Shown: positions 50,601-63,315, numbered from the stretch's first letter. The stretch: DNA of 64,000 nt from Saccostrea cucullata (GCF_032062105.1 NW_026930103.1:62001-126000); one strand, 5' to 3'. A program made the numbers and translations. The notes: a model not told the origin generated them from the sequence alone.

Positions 50601-53600
50601 GTTCAAAAACTTGAACAACATTAGTATTGATCCATTAAACGTTCATCCTTTTCGATATAAATTTGTGGCTAATACGGTGTGTGAAAAGAACGAGGACATT
50701 TACCTTCTAACGCTTGTAAAATCTGCAACTCATAACTACAAGAATAGGCTATACATAAGACAGACATGGGGCAAAGAAGCCAAATCAGAAAACCGACGCC
50801 TGGTTTTTATTCTTGGATATTCAGAAGTCCAGCAGGCATCAATAGAATATGAAAATCAAGTGTTCAAGGATATAATTCAAGAAGATTTCCAGGATAATTA
50901 TTGGAGCAACACCTACAAAATGGAGATGGCATTCAGCTGGATAACCAAATACTGTAATTCTGCAAAATATGTTTTGTTTGTGGATGATGATATGTTTGTT
51001 AACATGGAAAACAGTTTGAAATATCTTAGCTCTGTTGACAGCAGTAATGTGGAATATCTTTATAGTGGATATCTAGTGGAAAAACCATTTCCCACCCGTG
51101 ATTACACTAACAAACATTATGTGTCGTGGGAAGATTATCCCTTTGACTGTTTTCCTCCTTACATACCCTCAGGAACAGTGTTCTTTAACAAAGCTGCTAT
51201 AAATACATTTCAAAAAGTTATCCCCTATATTCCTCACTTTAGAGAAGATGATGTCTATCTAGGTATTGTCGCACAGAAAGTTGGAATCGTGCCCTCCGAT
51301 ATCAGCTTTCTCATTAGATTAGGAGATGGTAAACCACACACCAAGTTCATTCCATGTTTTATTTCTGATCATGGATATTCAAATGCAGATTTCTTTCAAG
51401 AAGCTTATAGAGAACTCCAAACAAACACAATTTCCATAGATTATATTATGAAAGTATGTGTAAATGACATAACCAGGGTAGGGCATTAAAAGTGTTCATT
51501 GCAAAGCTGAAGCATTCTCAAATCTCAAAGGAACTGGATTTATGTGTGTGTGCTTCCTTTTTGTTCTTGATTTTTTGCTTGAAGAAAACAGGATCCCAAA
51601 GCTTTGATTTATTTCTAAACAGAGGGTAATGTTTGTATTTTGTAAGGACACTCCATGAGGTAAAAGATGTTCAAACAAGAAGTACACGGGCATTGTGTAA
51701 TACTGGTAAACTCGTGCCATACACTGTGTATCTTATTTTCTAATACTTAATTGTTTTAGAAGCATAGACATTGTCTCTGTCTGTTTTTTTCTTTTTTTGA
51801 AATACATGAAATGACATTTTAAATTATTACTGTCGCTTATACATGTATGTCAAATTCATGTTTCACATTCCAGTCAATCTCGATCTGAAGCATTTAGCAT
51901 GTTTAGTGAGTGTGTGGTTTTGCTTATGTGCAAATCACAAACCGTTTAATGTTATAGTAATTTAGCTTTACTTATTTTCCCCTCAAAGGGGAGGGGATAC
52001 AGTATTGCATTTGTAATGTAATTTGCATCAGGACCCATATCTAATGCTATCTTGATTTATATATATGTAGATATGTGCTCTTTGCCAAGGGTCGCTTCGC
52101 TTTGTGGTGCCCTTGTTTTTCTTCTGATTTTATGGATTGAGTAGATCAGTAAGGAGAAGTTTTTCCTCATTACATTTGCAATTAAATTTTTTTTATTTTT
52201 ATATGTAATACATTAAATAGCTTTAATTTAATGCTTAACATTTGCTAAGTCATTTTATTTATCTTATACATGTATATACTGTAGACATATGCTTTGCAAT
52301 CCCACCATGCCTTTTAGTGGCATTTTTGTTGGCTTATTTTAATGATCTGTGTATTTTTTGTATTCATAATATTACTTGATCTCATTGTTTGTTTTTTGTT
52401 CAGAGTGTGCTGTGATAATAAAATGTTGTCGGAGTTTTGAATGGTGATGGATGTTTAATAAAAAGTTTTTAAAATACATTATTTTATAATTTCTTAAAAG
52501 AACAAGATAGGCTAAGGCCCCTTTCTGGTCCCTGGTTTGGGGTGTCTCTAACATTGTGATACCTCAACTTAAAATCCTGTAAGTTACTGTGAAATCACTA
52601 ATTTTCATGGGGGTTTAATTTTCATTATTTTCAAGGTATGAAGAGACCCAGGGATTTATGTCCTCCACAAAATACAATTTTTCACATGTATTATTACTGA
52701 ACAATTCTTCAACCACAAAATCAACTCCCCATACCCCGTTATATTTTTTCAAACCACAAACTATTTAACCCCTCAGAAAATGTGATTCTACAGTATCATC
52801 CTTGCAACAAACAAGTATTGATTTTAAGTTACAGGGTATGGAGAGATTACAGGAAGGTCACAAAAATTGATTATTTTCCAGATTTACTAAATTTTAAATT
52901 GTATTCATCTTTTCATTAATTTTCAAGCAATTTGTTTCAGAAAACACAGAGAAAAAGGTTGCCTATTTAGTCACAAACTAGTATGATATACACCATTTGT
53001 ATGAAAATCTCAGGTCTCAGATAAAAGTAGGCAAGGCTGTGTTCTCTTTTTATCTCAGATTTGACTAAATTTCATCAGAATTGAGGACATTTTATAAAAT
53101 GGTCACTTTGCACCCTCATGTTGCTTCCAGTTACACTTTGAATTAAAATAAAACAAGCATCTGTCATTTAAAACTATCACAATTTTAACTGTGCTTGTAG
53201 AATACTAGTAAGTCATTGATAAGAAAGGATTCAGTTTGTTGAAATGTATTGTTTCCAACACTTGTATGTATTATAAATAAACGAAGATCAAATCTGTTCA
53301 GTGTTTTTGTAGATTATAAGAAAAGCTTACAATATAATCTAATCACTGATTACCAATGAAAAGACTTTACAAGCTGATTAAGGCTTTTCAAACAATTCAA
53401 ACAAATTTACTAAAATCTGGAAGGAATACTACTTGTTATTTCATCAATGAAGTAGATGAAGATAACAAGCAGTGATCAGTCCAAAATAAAAGCCTCCAAA
53501 CAGTACAATTCTGTGAACAGGGCATGAAACAAGAACCACTGAAAACTTCGGATGTTGGTTCAGACCAATGGCTATGAGGAGTGAGATTTCATATAGAATT

Positions 53601-54364
53601 GTGGGTCATTTGTGTGCCTACCTCAATCACAGTTCCATTAACAAATTTAAAAAAACAAGCAAAACAACTTACTTTTGTAATACATTGTATCTGGGGAATC
53701 TTGGCTACTTGCATCAGACAGGCGTAGAAACACAGAGGAATGGCCCTGGCAGTACCTTGTCGAGCTCTGGTAGAAAAACGAAACACATGACTGGTCCTGC
53801 AGGCAACGGTAGGAGCAGAAAATCTTACTACGCTCCAGTGATTGCCATACGATGTCTTTCAGGGCTAGCTTGTTTCTCCATTCCGGCACTCCATGCCACA
53901 GGAAATAATTTCTACTTAGAGTAACTGAAAACAAAGCTGGAAAATCTTGTTTATTTAGGATTATTATTTTGAAAACGTTTAATTGCTATCTTTAAATTTA
54001 GGATAAATCCCTGCATCTGAAAATCTGGTATCTTTGCATAAAATATTACATTTGTAACCGTGATATAACAGATTTGCTTTAAAATAACTGTAGAAAGTCC
54101 ATTTTTCATTTCAATTAAACTTGTGAAGAAGTTTTTGAATTTTTTTGAAAAAAAAACGTATTTTCATTAAAATTCCTTGCGAAAAGATTTTTATTGACAC
54201 TTCCTTATGGAGTAAAATTAAAATGGTTCATAAAGTTTCCATTAAAAACAAGAAGCATTAAAATATAACTTATCTCCAATAACCATAAGTATATGTAACT
54301 TACCACTAAGTGTCAAAATTAAAGCCAGGAAAATTACAAACAAATCCCTATGACAAACTTTCAT
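44436..54364 (-). CDS. Secreted PAN/Apple + C-type lectin (QPD/WDD), 4 exons, 247 aa
   Basis: Exons 54364-54304, 53924-53673, 46945-46754, 44674-44436; all introns GT-AG phase 1; 744 nt open frame. Confidence 0.82.
46175..46285. mobile_element. TIR-only hairpin derivative of the 26891-27407 MITE
   Basis: TAGCTGTAGAACTGTA...TTATGGTTTTATATATT..TCTTTGAC / inverse, joined by GTGGCCAC. Confidence 0.7.
46754..46945 (-). CDS. Lectin exon 3, N-terminal half of the CTLD
   Basis: ACKGGPSYIY...TCYSV...SWFTAQADCTSENAWLLDL; 192 nt phase 1-1. Confidence 0.9.
47133..47393. other. Assembly gap
   Basis: N run. Confidence 1.
49086..49236. repeat. Near-perfect ~150-bp palindrome (Crypton/MITE-like)
   Basis: TTTTGTAGTTGAATATGGAATTTATTTCAC...GACAGGA versus TCCTGTC...GTGAAATAAATTCCATATTCAACTACAAAA. 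Confidence 0.75.
49415..49994 (-). mobile_element. Tandem miniature LTR retrotransposon (TRIM) with tRNA-derived LTRs (Ajax-like): 3 LTRs, 2 internal parts
   Basis: Minus-strand LTRs TGT...ACA of ~130 bp (49544-49415, 49770-49643, 49994-~49865), each with a tRNA-like A/B-box cloverleaf; PBS TGGTGCCATG; polypurine tract AAG(G/C)AGGG(A/G)GAA-like before TGT. Confidence 0.8.
50404..51489 (+). CDS. Beta-1,3-galactosyltransferase-family (GT31, brainiac-like) glycosyltransferase, paralogue 2, 361 aa, nested in lectin intron 2
   Basis: Type II TM; LVKSA, IRQTWG, DIIQEDFQDNYWSNTYK, FVDDD, FPPYIPSG and EDDVYLG; collinear with 43217-44272. Confidence 0.95.
   Translation: MKRFFLYRVRRAILSIFIRKICRHKKWQIKTLCVGLVIFIVTKCFSVRNNEIIFGCETDFGYTPYKFKNLNNISIDPLNVHPFRYKFVANTVCEKNEDIYLLTLVKSATHNYKNRLYIRQTWGKEAKSENRRLVFILGYSEVQQASIEYENQVFKDIIQEDFQDNYWSNTYKMEMAFSWITKYCNSAKYVLFVDDDMFVNMENSLKYLSSVDSSNVEYLYSGYLVEKPFPTRDYTNKHYVSWEDYPFDCFPPYIPSGTVFFNKAAINTFQKVIPYIPHFREDDVYLGIVAQKVGIVPSDISFLIRLGDGKPHTKFIPCFISDHGYSNADFFQEAYRELQTNTISIDYIMKVCVNDITRVGH
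53673..53924 (-). CDS. Lectin exon 2, PAN/Apple-like domain
   Basis: RSKIFCSYRCLQDQSCVSFFYQSSTRYCQGH (C-x3-C-x5-C-x-S-F-x-Y...C); 252 nt phase 1-1. Confidence 0.88.
54304..54364 (-). CDS. Lectin exon 1, signal peptide
   Basis: MKVCHRDLFVIFLALILTLS+G, GTAAGT donor. Confidence 0.85.
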
Positions 54365-55007
54365 TTTGAAATGTTTGCATCTCTCTATAGGCGCGTACTT
54401 CTGATCTGTTTTCCTTAAAAGGGTGACTGTGCATGCGTGCTGTGGTATTCACAAGTCGCGATAGGATACAGCCACACATAATCAAATTGAAAAGAATAGT
54501 TCCAACACTCTAAACAACCATAGCAAAGGACTTCGTCCAACCTTACATCCTTTCATGTAAAATGCAATTATATGAAGCAAAAGTTTGATGGCCATTTTAG
54601 GTATTTTTCTCGATGTCCCTATTGAAACCTTTTATGATGCACCTTAATCCAAATTAAAACCTAATCAATTGACCAGATCATTTTAAATAAAGGCAATTTC
54701 TAAATTGGATGTAAAAGGAATAAAAGAAAGTATAATGCTTCAAACAAATTCACGTAGTTTTATTTATGATAAAGGTTTAATAAATAACAACCATGTGGAT
54801 CAATAGCTTCTGAGCAATAGAATGAAGAAGCAAATTCCTTTCCCAATAATAACTTTTTACTCAAATAAATAATTTTAAAAATTCATTTGACATATCATTC
54901 TTCTTTTCTTTCTTTGAAATCATGGAAAAAGTAGAAATACAAATATACAATTGAACGCCTCATTTACATAAACAAAGATTACACTTTTACCTATTTGGCA
55001 ATAAAAA

Positions 55008-57544
55008 TCAAAATACCCTATTTTCTTTCACCACGGGTGTATTAATATACTCTACTTTCTTTAAACCCTGTAGATTGACTTTTTCTAATAGATTTTGTGT
55101 TGCATTCTGTTTCGATACAGGTTTTATTCTTTTCTTTGAAGATGGTTTCACTCTTATGTCAGCCAGCATCATCATTCTGGGATTAAAGAACCCTGAACCC
55201 AGAAAGGGAATATTTTCGTTCCTTAATAATGGGGAGACAGGTGGAGCCACTTGTCGTATTCCGAATGGATTATTAGTCGTCTGCTGGTTAAGCGGCAGAT
55301 CAACAACCATTCGATTCGGAATTTGTCCTCTAGGGAACTGTCGTCTTCTCTGATTTTCACGCTGTCGTCCGCCTGAAATTTCTAATAACGGATTAATTAA
55401 ATTGCTTGTCAAAGGCATATTAAGATCTTGAAGAAAGAGTAGAGGATTGTCTTCGTAGATATCAAAGAGTTCATAGTCAAGAGGAGGTTGAAAAGAGTCT
55501 TGAAGAGAAAGGAAGAGAAGAGGATCAAAAGGAGGCCCACCTTGTATTGATCTTTGGGTACCAATCGGGAATTCTCTCCCTTGTTGTCGTGCTTGTAATC
55601 CTGGCGTAATTGAAGGTTGGATCGGAGAATTTCGGAAGCGATTTCTTTCGAAAGGTGATTGCGAAGCGCCTTGAAGTCGGAATGGTAGTTGCCGAGAACT
55701 GATTGATGAAGTATTTGGTGTCGATGGAGTTGAACGTAAGACTTGTCTCTGTCTAGGGATAGGAAGTCCTCTGAGAAGTGATTCGGGCAGTCTTTGGTTA
55801 ATACGAAACTGGTTGGAAGGTCTAAAGGCCAAATTTGAACGCCCTAATTGACCGCGTGGAAAAGGTGTTTGTCCAGCAATGTTCTGTGTTCTACCTTCAA
55901 TCCTTGTCCAAACTTGCATGTTTCTATTCATATTACGCTGATCGGTTATAAAGCGTGCTGCTTCCTGGTTTCTAAGTGGTACTGCACGTGCAACCGTTCG
56001 ATCAGAATTCCATTGATTGTTTGCACGGGGAAGAGGTTGCAAAGTGGGTCTAAACTGGTTGCTTGTTGCTGATGAAAGAAAAGGATTCCTTGGCAATGGT
56101 CTCAACTGCATATCTGTTGGCCTTGTTGGAGTTCCTTGAAATATATTTAGTGATGGTGATCTTCGAGCAGCAAGAGATTGTTGAAAGGCCGTTAAACCAG
56201 CTCTTGGTGGCATTTGAGATTGTTGACGGCCAGCAAATATCTGCGAAAGACTTGGTATATTGACGCGAGATGGACGAGTAATGGGCATTGGAGATGAAAG
56301 CAGTGTTCGAGCTTGGCTGCTGATAGCATTTTCCCTTTCTAGAATCCTAGACCTGATTCTGCTATTTTGTGCTGACGACGGAGAATCTCGGAAGACATCT
56401 CTTATGAGGATTTGTTCATTTAATGGGTCGATTCTTCGGGAAGGATTAATCTGAGTCTGTTGGGCTGGTGGTCCTCCACCCACCTGAAATACTGGTGGTG
56501 TAGGTTCAGTGGGTTCTCTCCAGTTAGGACCTGACGCGAATCCCGATGGAATCCTGCTTTGAGGATTGAACGATGGCAAAAATGGTCTGTTCACAGACGG
56601 TCCGTTAATTTGGTTTTCTGGAACTGACAATTGAAGAGCACGATTCTGATTTGTATTTATTTCAGGTAAAGGAAGAGAAGGTCTCTGTTGCTGTCTTATC
56701 CCACTTTGTGCAGAATTTCTTTCAATGGGAAAGTCGATTGGAATGTTCATATTTCCAAAAACATCGGACGGATCGCCTAGATTTGGATTGTTAAACAGCG
56801 AGTTATCTAACCACATGTCGTTCTGTACATTATTGATTCCAGAGATCTGATTGTCATTAATTGCTATGTTACCTCCTAAATTTTGATCACCAGTAAATGA
56901 TGTAGACCGTAAATCAGTAGCACCTCTAATTAGTTGATCATTTATTTGGGGTCGTTGTGTCTGGTCTGAAGTAAATGATAACCAGTCATTTATAACAGAT
57001 GAAGGGGCATTAGGTCTACTCGGTACTGATAGCTGCCCAGGAGGAAAGTTCTGTGGTAAAGAATTAGGATTAATCTCTTGTTGGTTTGTGGAAGGCGACG
57101 GGGAATTTTGTTGAGACGAAGGCGGAGATTGCATAGACATCACTGACTGTAAATCAGGGAGCTCTGGAAGTACGGGTTCACCACTAGTTTGACTAGTGTC
57201 TGGAATAGAGTTTGAGTTGTTTACAGGGAAGACATCTCCATTTGTTCCTGGTGGAAGTTGAAAGTCGACCATTCCATCTGGTGACAAAATATCATTGAAA
57301 GAATTTATACCAGTAAATAAACCGTCATTGGCAGAAACATCTGGTGGAGTGATGTTCTCAAATATCCTTTCTAAGGAGAAATCTGGAGGCCTCATTGTTG
57401 TTCCTCCCAAGAAATCTAGTGGCACATTAACTAGATCGTCAAGGATTGGCAGTGGATTAAAAGTGGACTCAGTCCCAAATGGATCAGGATCAATATTGCC
57501 TCCGATATTCAATGCTTGGGCAAATCCAAACTCTGGACCGGTGT
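55008..57544 (-). CDS. Main exon of a secreted P/Q/N/S/R-rich intrinsically disordered protein (~868 aa in total)
   Basis: 2.5-kb open frame; AAGCAG acceptor phase 1; the ORF-track TTG start is internal. Confidence 0.92.
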
Positions 57545-57658
57545 CTGCTTAAATGATGAATTTAAGAACATTTATTTGCAAAATTTAATATTTTAGGTAA
57601 AGAATCTTGGATGAGAAATAGAGAAAAAGAAAGAAAGGGAAAAAAGAGGTATCATTAC

Positions 57659-57728
57659 TTCTTTGTGCTGACACGATGCAAAGAGTCAAGATGAATCCAT
57701 ACCAAACTGCCAATTGCCTCCATTTCAT
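57659..57728 (-). CDS. Signal-peptide exon of the disordered secreted protein
   Basis: MKWRQLAVWYGFILTLCIVSAQR+A, GTAATG donor; acceptor at 57731 implies a 5' UTR exon (candidate donor CAG|GTAAGG at 58746). Confidence 0.85.
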
Positions 57729-60121
57729 CTCTGAAATAATTCGAAAATCGATGAAAAATGCATTTTAAAGGACTTTTAAATATATATAGGGATGAAAGAG
57801 AATATTTGTCTCCAATCACCAGGCTTTAAAAGATCTCGTTAAAAAAATAAATTATAAGGAATCACATAAGGATATGAGAAATATTCCCCTATGGTCTTCT
57901 GTACGTTTATGCGTTAAAGGATTTGATTTAAAATAAACTTCAAAGCTATGGTTATTTTTTTTTTTCAAAACCGGTGTTTAGTTAACCCTTAATTAAGTTA
58001 GCTTACATTTTTTGGCATTGAAATAAACTGTTTAAGACAACTTTCTTATCTGTGCATGAGTTCAGAAAAGGTTGAGGATGCGCGGGTTTGAAAATTACAA
58101 ACAAAAGGATTAGTGTGCTTTTTGTCTGTAAAAATCTCATTGCTTAGTCAAAGCAATTTTGATCACTACTGAGATATTTCATATTTCAAAAATGTATGTT
58201 TAGTATATAAAGGAATTTCAACTTATTTTCTCGCTTCGAATTTACACGCCATGTTGACCTTCGGAACTCTCTTGAAATCAAAATGACTTCATTAATTTTT
58301 TATTTGCGTTCTCATTTAGCTTACTAGTAGATAACCCTTTTATTATAAAACTGAATTTTAACTCGGAAGATTAATAAAAAAAATTACTAAAGTAACACGG
58401 GCTGCTGTATATTTAGTCATATCATACAGAAAATTATCTATATATAATCTAAAACAAGTAAAGATAATTAGAATATGCTGATATGTAATTCCCTGTGGTG
58501 CTAAATTAAAAGGTGTGAAAATTGCCGATGCATAAATCATATAACGAACGAATATTTGAGAAATTTAAAAAATATATTTAATTATTTCATTTTTTTCGTA
58601 AGTTTATTTTGAAATTATTAGTAAACCTGCGGAAAATGACTATAGAAGTCATTTTTTTCATCAGTATAAAACATTTATCATGTTGCAAAAAAAAATTATC
58701 TGGATATGATTGGGAATTGTTAATACAATATTCTAATAACCTTACCTGATGGTTTGTAAAAGATCCGTTCTTAAATCATATTTGCAATGCTTATTTTTTT
58801 TTACACATGGAAGTTGCCATGTTTCCCATATAGATTATATGTCACGTGATCATGTTGTACATGCTAATTATGAGTTCGCTAGTTATGTATTATCGAGACA
58901 ATCGTTTTCAAAGGTGTCAAACAACATACAAATGCAATCTACGTTGACAGATAAACACGACTTAATGAGGGGAAAAATGGTATCATGCATCTTATAAAGT
59001 GTAGACGGCACATAGTTCAAACGGTTGACCACAAGGACGAAAAGGAAATTAAGGTTTATTCCCGCTTTTTTAACCATTCATGACTTTTTCTTTGCTGTCA
59101 TGACATTAAGATTTTCGTCCTATTGACGGTAGTTATTGTACTTTTTACCGGGGTTTTTTTTCTGTACAAGACGACTTAATGTTACTGGGTGTAATTTTGT
59201 TTACGATATTTTAGTTTTTAAAAAATGCGCTTTCATCGACTCTCGAAAGCGCATGTGCTAGAAAAAGATGAAATTAACAAAATATTGTTTCCATGATTAC
59301 GATGTAATACTGGAGGACTTTGTACATGTAAATAACTGTGAAGCATGGTACAAGACAGTTTCTAACGTAACTGATATGCCCACCCACTAAAATTCTCATG
59401 TAGCGGAGGTTTTTATCTCCAGTTACCCTTAATACTTTAGAAATTGTTACGGATGTTTCATTAAACTATTAATAAACAAGCACTTAACACGAAGTTTAAC
59501 ATGTGGATAAAAAGTTCACATTTCGGGCGAAGACGAAGGGTGAAATATGTTTCACCTTGCGGTGTTTTTTCTTTGTTGTATTACAAACGTAAGTTATGTC
59601 ATAATATTTATCATTCCATTAAAAGTAATTCTTGTTAAATTGTTGTTAATTTTTTAAAGATTTGTTAATTTCAAAAATAAATTAACATTATTTCCTTTTT
59701 AACGTGTTTTTTACGGTTTCATAATACATATACATGTACTTGTTGAAGTTTCAACTAAGACATATTTTAATACCTCATATACTACTTGAAAAAACCGACC
59801 CGTCAAATTATATTAATATGTAATCTTCTTAGTATGATTTGTTTGCTTGTAGGCCATATCACGGACTAGCTATGGTATGTTTTTAATTCATTAATTTGTC
59901 TTTTTCTATAAGTTAATATAAATTTTGTTAGGAAATATATTTCGATTCATAAAGTAACGCCTTTATAAAATATGCGGGCCACCAAAAAAGACCGAAATAA
60001 ACATTTAATTTAGTAAACAAATACAATGTACATACAGAAAATATTAGAACAATACAATGTACAATATAAAGTTATTTGCAGTAAATTATATTTATTTACT
60101 ACCAGAGAACCTCTGATTAAA

Positions 60122-60934
60122 ACCCCAGTCACATTCCCAAAAACGACCAACGGCCGACGGGTTTTGAAGCAAAAATGGGATTCTTCGGGTGACAGTCGGC
60201 AGTTCATCGGCCGTTGTCTTGCCCGATTTTGACCACTTTTTTTGTCTGCCGACCAATTTTTTGTCCATCGGTCCAAGTTATAATTTTTTCTGCATCGCTT
60301 GCCGATTTCTTCACTTGAAGTTATCTGTCGACCAACCTTCGATCATCGTCCGACTATCGGCAGTCAGTTTACTAAGTCGGTCGTCCGTCGTTTGACAATA
60401 AGGATGTTTAAATTTTCGGCCGATGGTTAAAATCAAACTGTAGCTCAGAGCTCGATGATCGGGCGACGGTTGGTCGACTTGTGAATATTTTACCTATTAA
60501 GGATGCATAACACAAACAAAATTTTGATGCATGGATTGATATATATTTTTTGAACGGAAATAACATTAATTATAATTAATCCGTAAGATATAAAGAAATC
60601 TTAAGTATTATTTGCTGCATAGATGTTTTTATGCAATTCTATACAAAATTTTGCACACATTTTAACATTGAGTTGCAATCTTATAAAATTCTGCCACTTT
60701 GCCTTGCAAACATTACTCACGTCACCTTATTTGAATATAGATCTATGAAAAAAATATTGCTGATTTCTAAAGAAAAGATTTTTTTTTTGTTATTTATCCA
60801 AGTCATCGGTGTTTCTAAGAATTAATGTGACTGCTCCGTGTCGCCCGATACTTGTTTCGGCTGATCATGTTCTTTCAGCCGACAAGACCAGAAAATTTAA
60901 TCGCCCGACCATCGGCTTAAATGTGACCTAGGCA
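60122..60934. mobile_element. Non-autonomous TIR element (Harbinger-like ends) with CGGCCGA subrepeats
   Basis: CCCCAGTCACATT ... AATGTGACCTAGG; TAA/TTA-like flanks. Confidence 0.55.
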
Positions 60935-61620
60935 TTAAGGATATTCTCTGTAGGATACTCGCTACAGGACTAATAGAAAATTACTATTCATGATTTGACA
61001 ATATCTTTCCACAGGCTTGATTGTTGCAAAAGTCATATAATACATCACAAAGACTAAATCTAGCTGTATTATATATTTTAAAAATATTTTAGAAAATATG
61101 TCCGAAGGCTGCTCAATGAATTATGTCTTAAACTCTATGACATAACATAGAAAACATTTGCGTCCTCACATGATTGAATATTTAATAAACTGATAAGCAT
61201 TTATGTGACCACGTTTCATCATCAAGTTTTTTGTGAGAAGCTGGTAAACAAGAGGTACTCGAGACACTGCATTAACAATGAATGGCAAAGAATCAGTAAA
61301 CAAGAGTGGTTAGACATTTCATTAAAGCTTGTGTGAACTTGGTAAGAATCCACAAGGAATATTCACTAAAATATGTGATATATACAGCAACCAGTGTTTG
61401 TTTTATATATACCGGTACATACAGTGTACGGGACTTACAGCCATCGATGTAATGTTTGCCAAAATTCAACAAATTATCACTAATGATATTTGATTGACTT
61501 CAAGGCTCATACAGTGTATACATGTAGCAAATTTGGAAGGCATAATTTGGGGGTAGTACACATTGTTGTAAAGAAAATGCTTAGTACTCATTGATCACCC
61601 TTAGTATATACGACAGCGTG

Positions 61621-61904
61621 TACACTGAAAGAAAAACCTAGTGAATTTAACCAGTTTGTTTCGTAAAGCGTTGGTCGTGATTAGTAAACTTTCAGTTTAC
61701 TGGTTAAGATAGTGAGTTGTGGAGCGGGGGTCGTATAGATACTTAGATACGTAGTGAAAGTTACGCATCAATTCTAAATTTACTAATCTTATCTAGTAAA
61801 TATATACCAATATCCGGTAAAACTACTATTAAGGTAGTGATTGTATGGACGGTGAATCTACTAGTTTTCTTCGTGACATTAACTAGTTATTTTTTTACAG
61901 TGTA
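61621..61904. mobile_element. MITE TACACTG...CAGTGTA
   Basis: Inverted termini with A-rich arms and TA flanks. Confidence 0.6.
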
Positions 61905-62340
61905 TAAGAATATCAACACAGCTATTTTTTTTTTAACAAAAAATTGCGGTTATCCACGTTTGTCTGAAATTATAACTGATAATGAAACCTGAAACCATTG
62001 CTTTGAACAACAAAGAAAAAAATACAATATGCAGTTGACCAAAGGTTTGAGAATAGCAAAGAATTGCAAGAGCACAAGGAATTATGGCCATTTACCCCAA
62101 TAGAAGTGGTCTTGTTGTTCAGATTCTTATTTGGAGAGGCTGTTTAATTTCTGGACAAGTCTAGAAAGCACAATTGAAAGGTTTATGTGAAGAAGGAATC
62201 AGAATCACGAACATGCTTTTCTTCACGACAACGCTCCAACCAGCACGTCATGAACAGTAAAAGCATATTTTGGACCAACAGAAAGATAATGTTTTGTCAA
62301 ACCAATGTTCGCCCAGATCTTTCAGCCTTCGACTTGTTTT

Positions 62341-62561
62341 ATTGTGGGACGTGGAGACCTGTCATTTGGATGAGACCATATAAACCAAGGTCCTGTGTCA
62401 CAGAAGTTGCTGGCACGAAAAAGATCCCACCCTGCTCAATGGCCCTGAGTGCCGAGTATCGGACAAAATTTGCAGCTCTCCACCGGCAAGTGATGACGTC
62501 TCCATATGAGTGAAAAATTCTTGAGAGGGACGTTAAACAATATACAATCCATCAATCAATC
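62341..62561 (+). mobile_element. 5'-truncated SINE with (CAAT)n tail
   Basis: GC-richer body ending GGGACGTTAAACAATATACAATCCATCAATCAATC. Confidence 0.7.
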
Positions 62562-63029
62562 CAAACTTTAAAAAATCACCTTTCAGAAGGACGAAGCAAG
62601 CCAAAGTTATCATAGGATCTGCCATATTCCAGTACACCAATGGCATACTAAAATGTGTTCTAAAACAATGTTACAGACAGATTGAATGGAAATCATGATG
62701 TAAAAATCGTTTAAACATAATTTATTGAACAACCCTTGTACGTAAGAATCATGAATTTAGACATGAAAGTATACTAGGTAGATTTTTGAGGAAATAAAAA
62801 AAATAAGGAAGATTAGAAAATAAAATTCCACGATTGTTTGTTAACAATTTAATGAAGCACGTACAAATTGTATTACATTGTAGATATTTCTGTAACATTT
62901 TTGTTTTTTATAGCCTTAAAAACTTAAATTTTAATTTTTCATGATTGATTTAAGATGGCTAATTTGTTGTAGACCAAAACATAACTTTTGTAATATTGCA
63001 CACGTTTTTGTCAACGTTCAGTTCCACAG

Positions 63030-63099
63030 GACGACAACAAAGAAAACAACTCACCACTGGACTATAGCGTTATGGACATCATTGTAAAAGCGAACAGGG
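63030..63099 (+). CDS. Astacin-family metalloprotease, propeptide exon
   Basis: CCACAG acceptor, G|GTAAGC donor; DDNKENNSPLDYSVMDIIVKANR+G. Confidence 0.72.
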
Positions 63100-63169
63100 G
63101 TAAGCCAAATTTTTAATATTAGATATGTAATTTCTTTTCAAAACAAATAAAATTTGTTCTACGATTTTG

Positions 63170-63315
63170 AATACACATAACAAGATATTGCAAATACATC
63201 TCAAGTTTATAGAACATACATCACAAGATTTTGCATATACTTCTCAAGATTATAGAATATACATCACAAGGTTATAGATTATACATCACAAGATTTTGAA
63301 CAGACATCACAAAAT
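63170..63315. repeat. Degenerate ~22-bp minisatellite (ATACATCACAAGATTTTGAA-like)
   Basis: About 6 visible units inside the astacin intron. Confidence 0.7.

Noticed and set aside
55075-57552. Several plus-strand ORFs
   Set aside because: Antisense shadows of the long minus-strand exon
61250-62700. Candidate first/signal exons of the astacin gene
   Set aside because: Candidate frames contain stops or have weak splice sites; could not be supported
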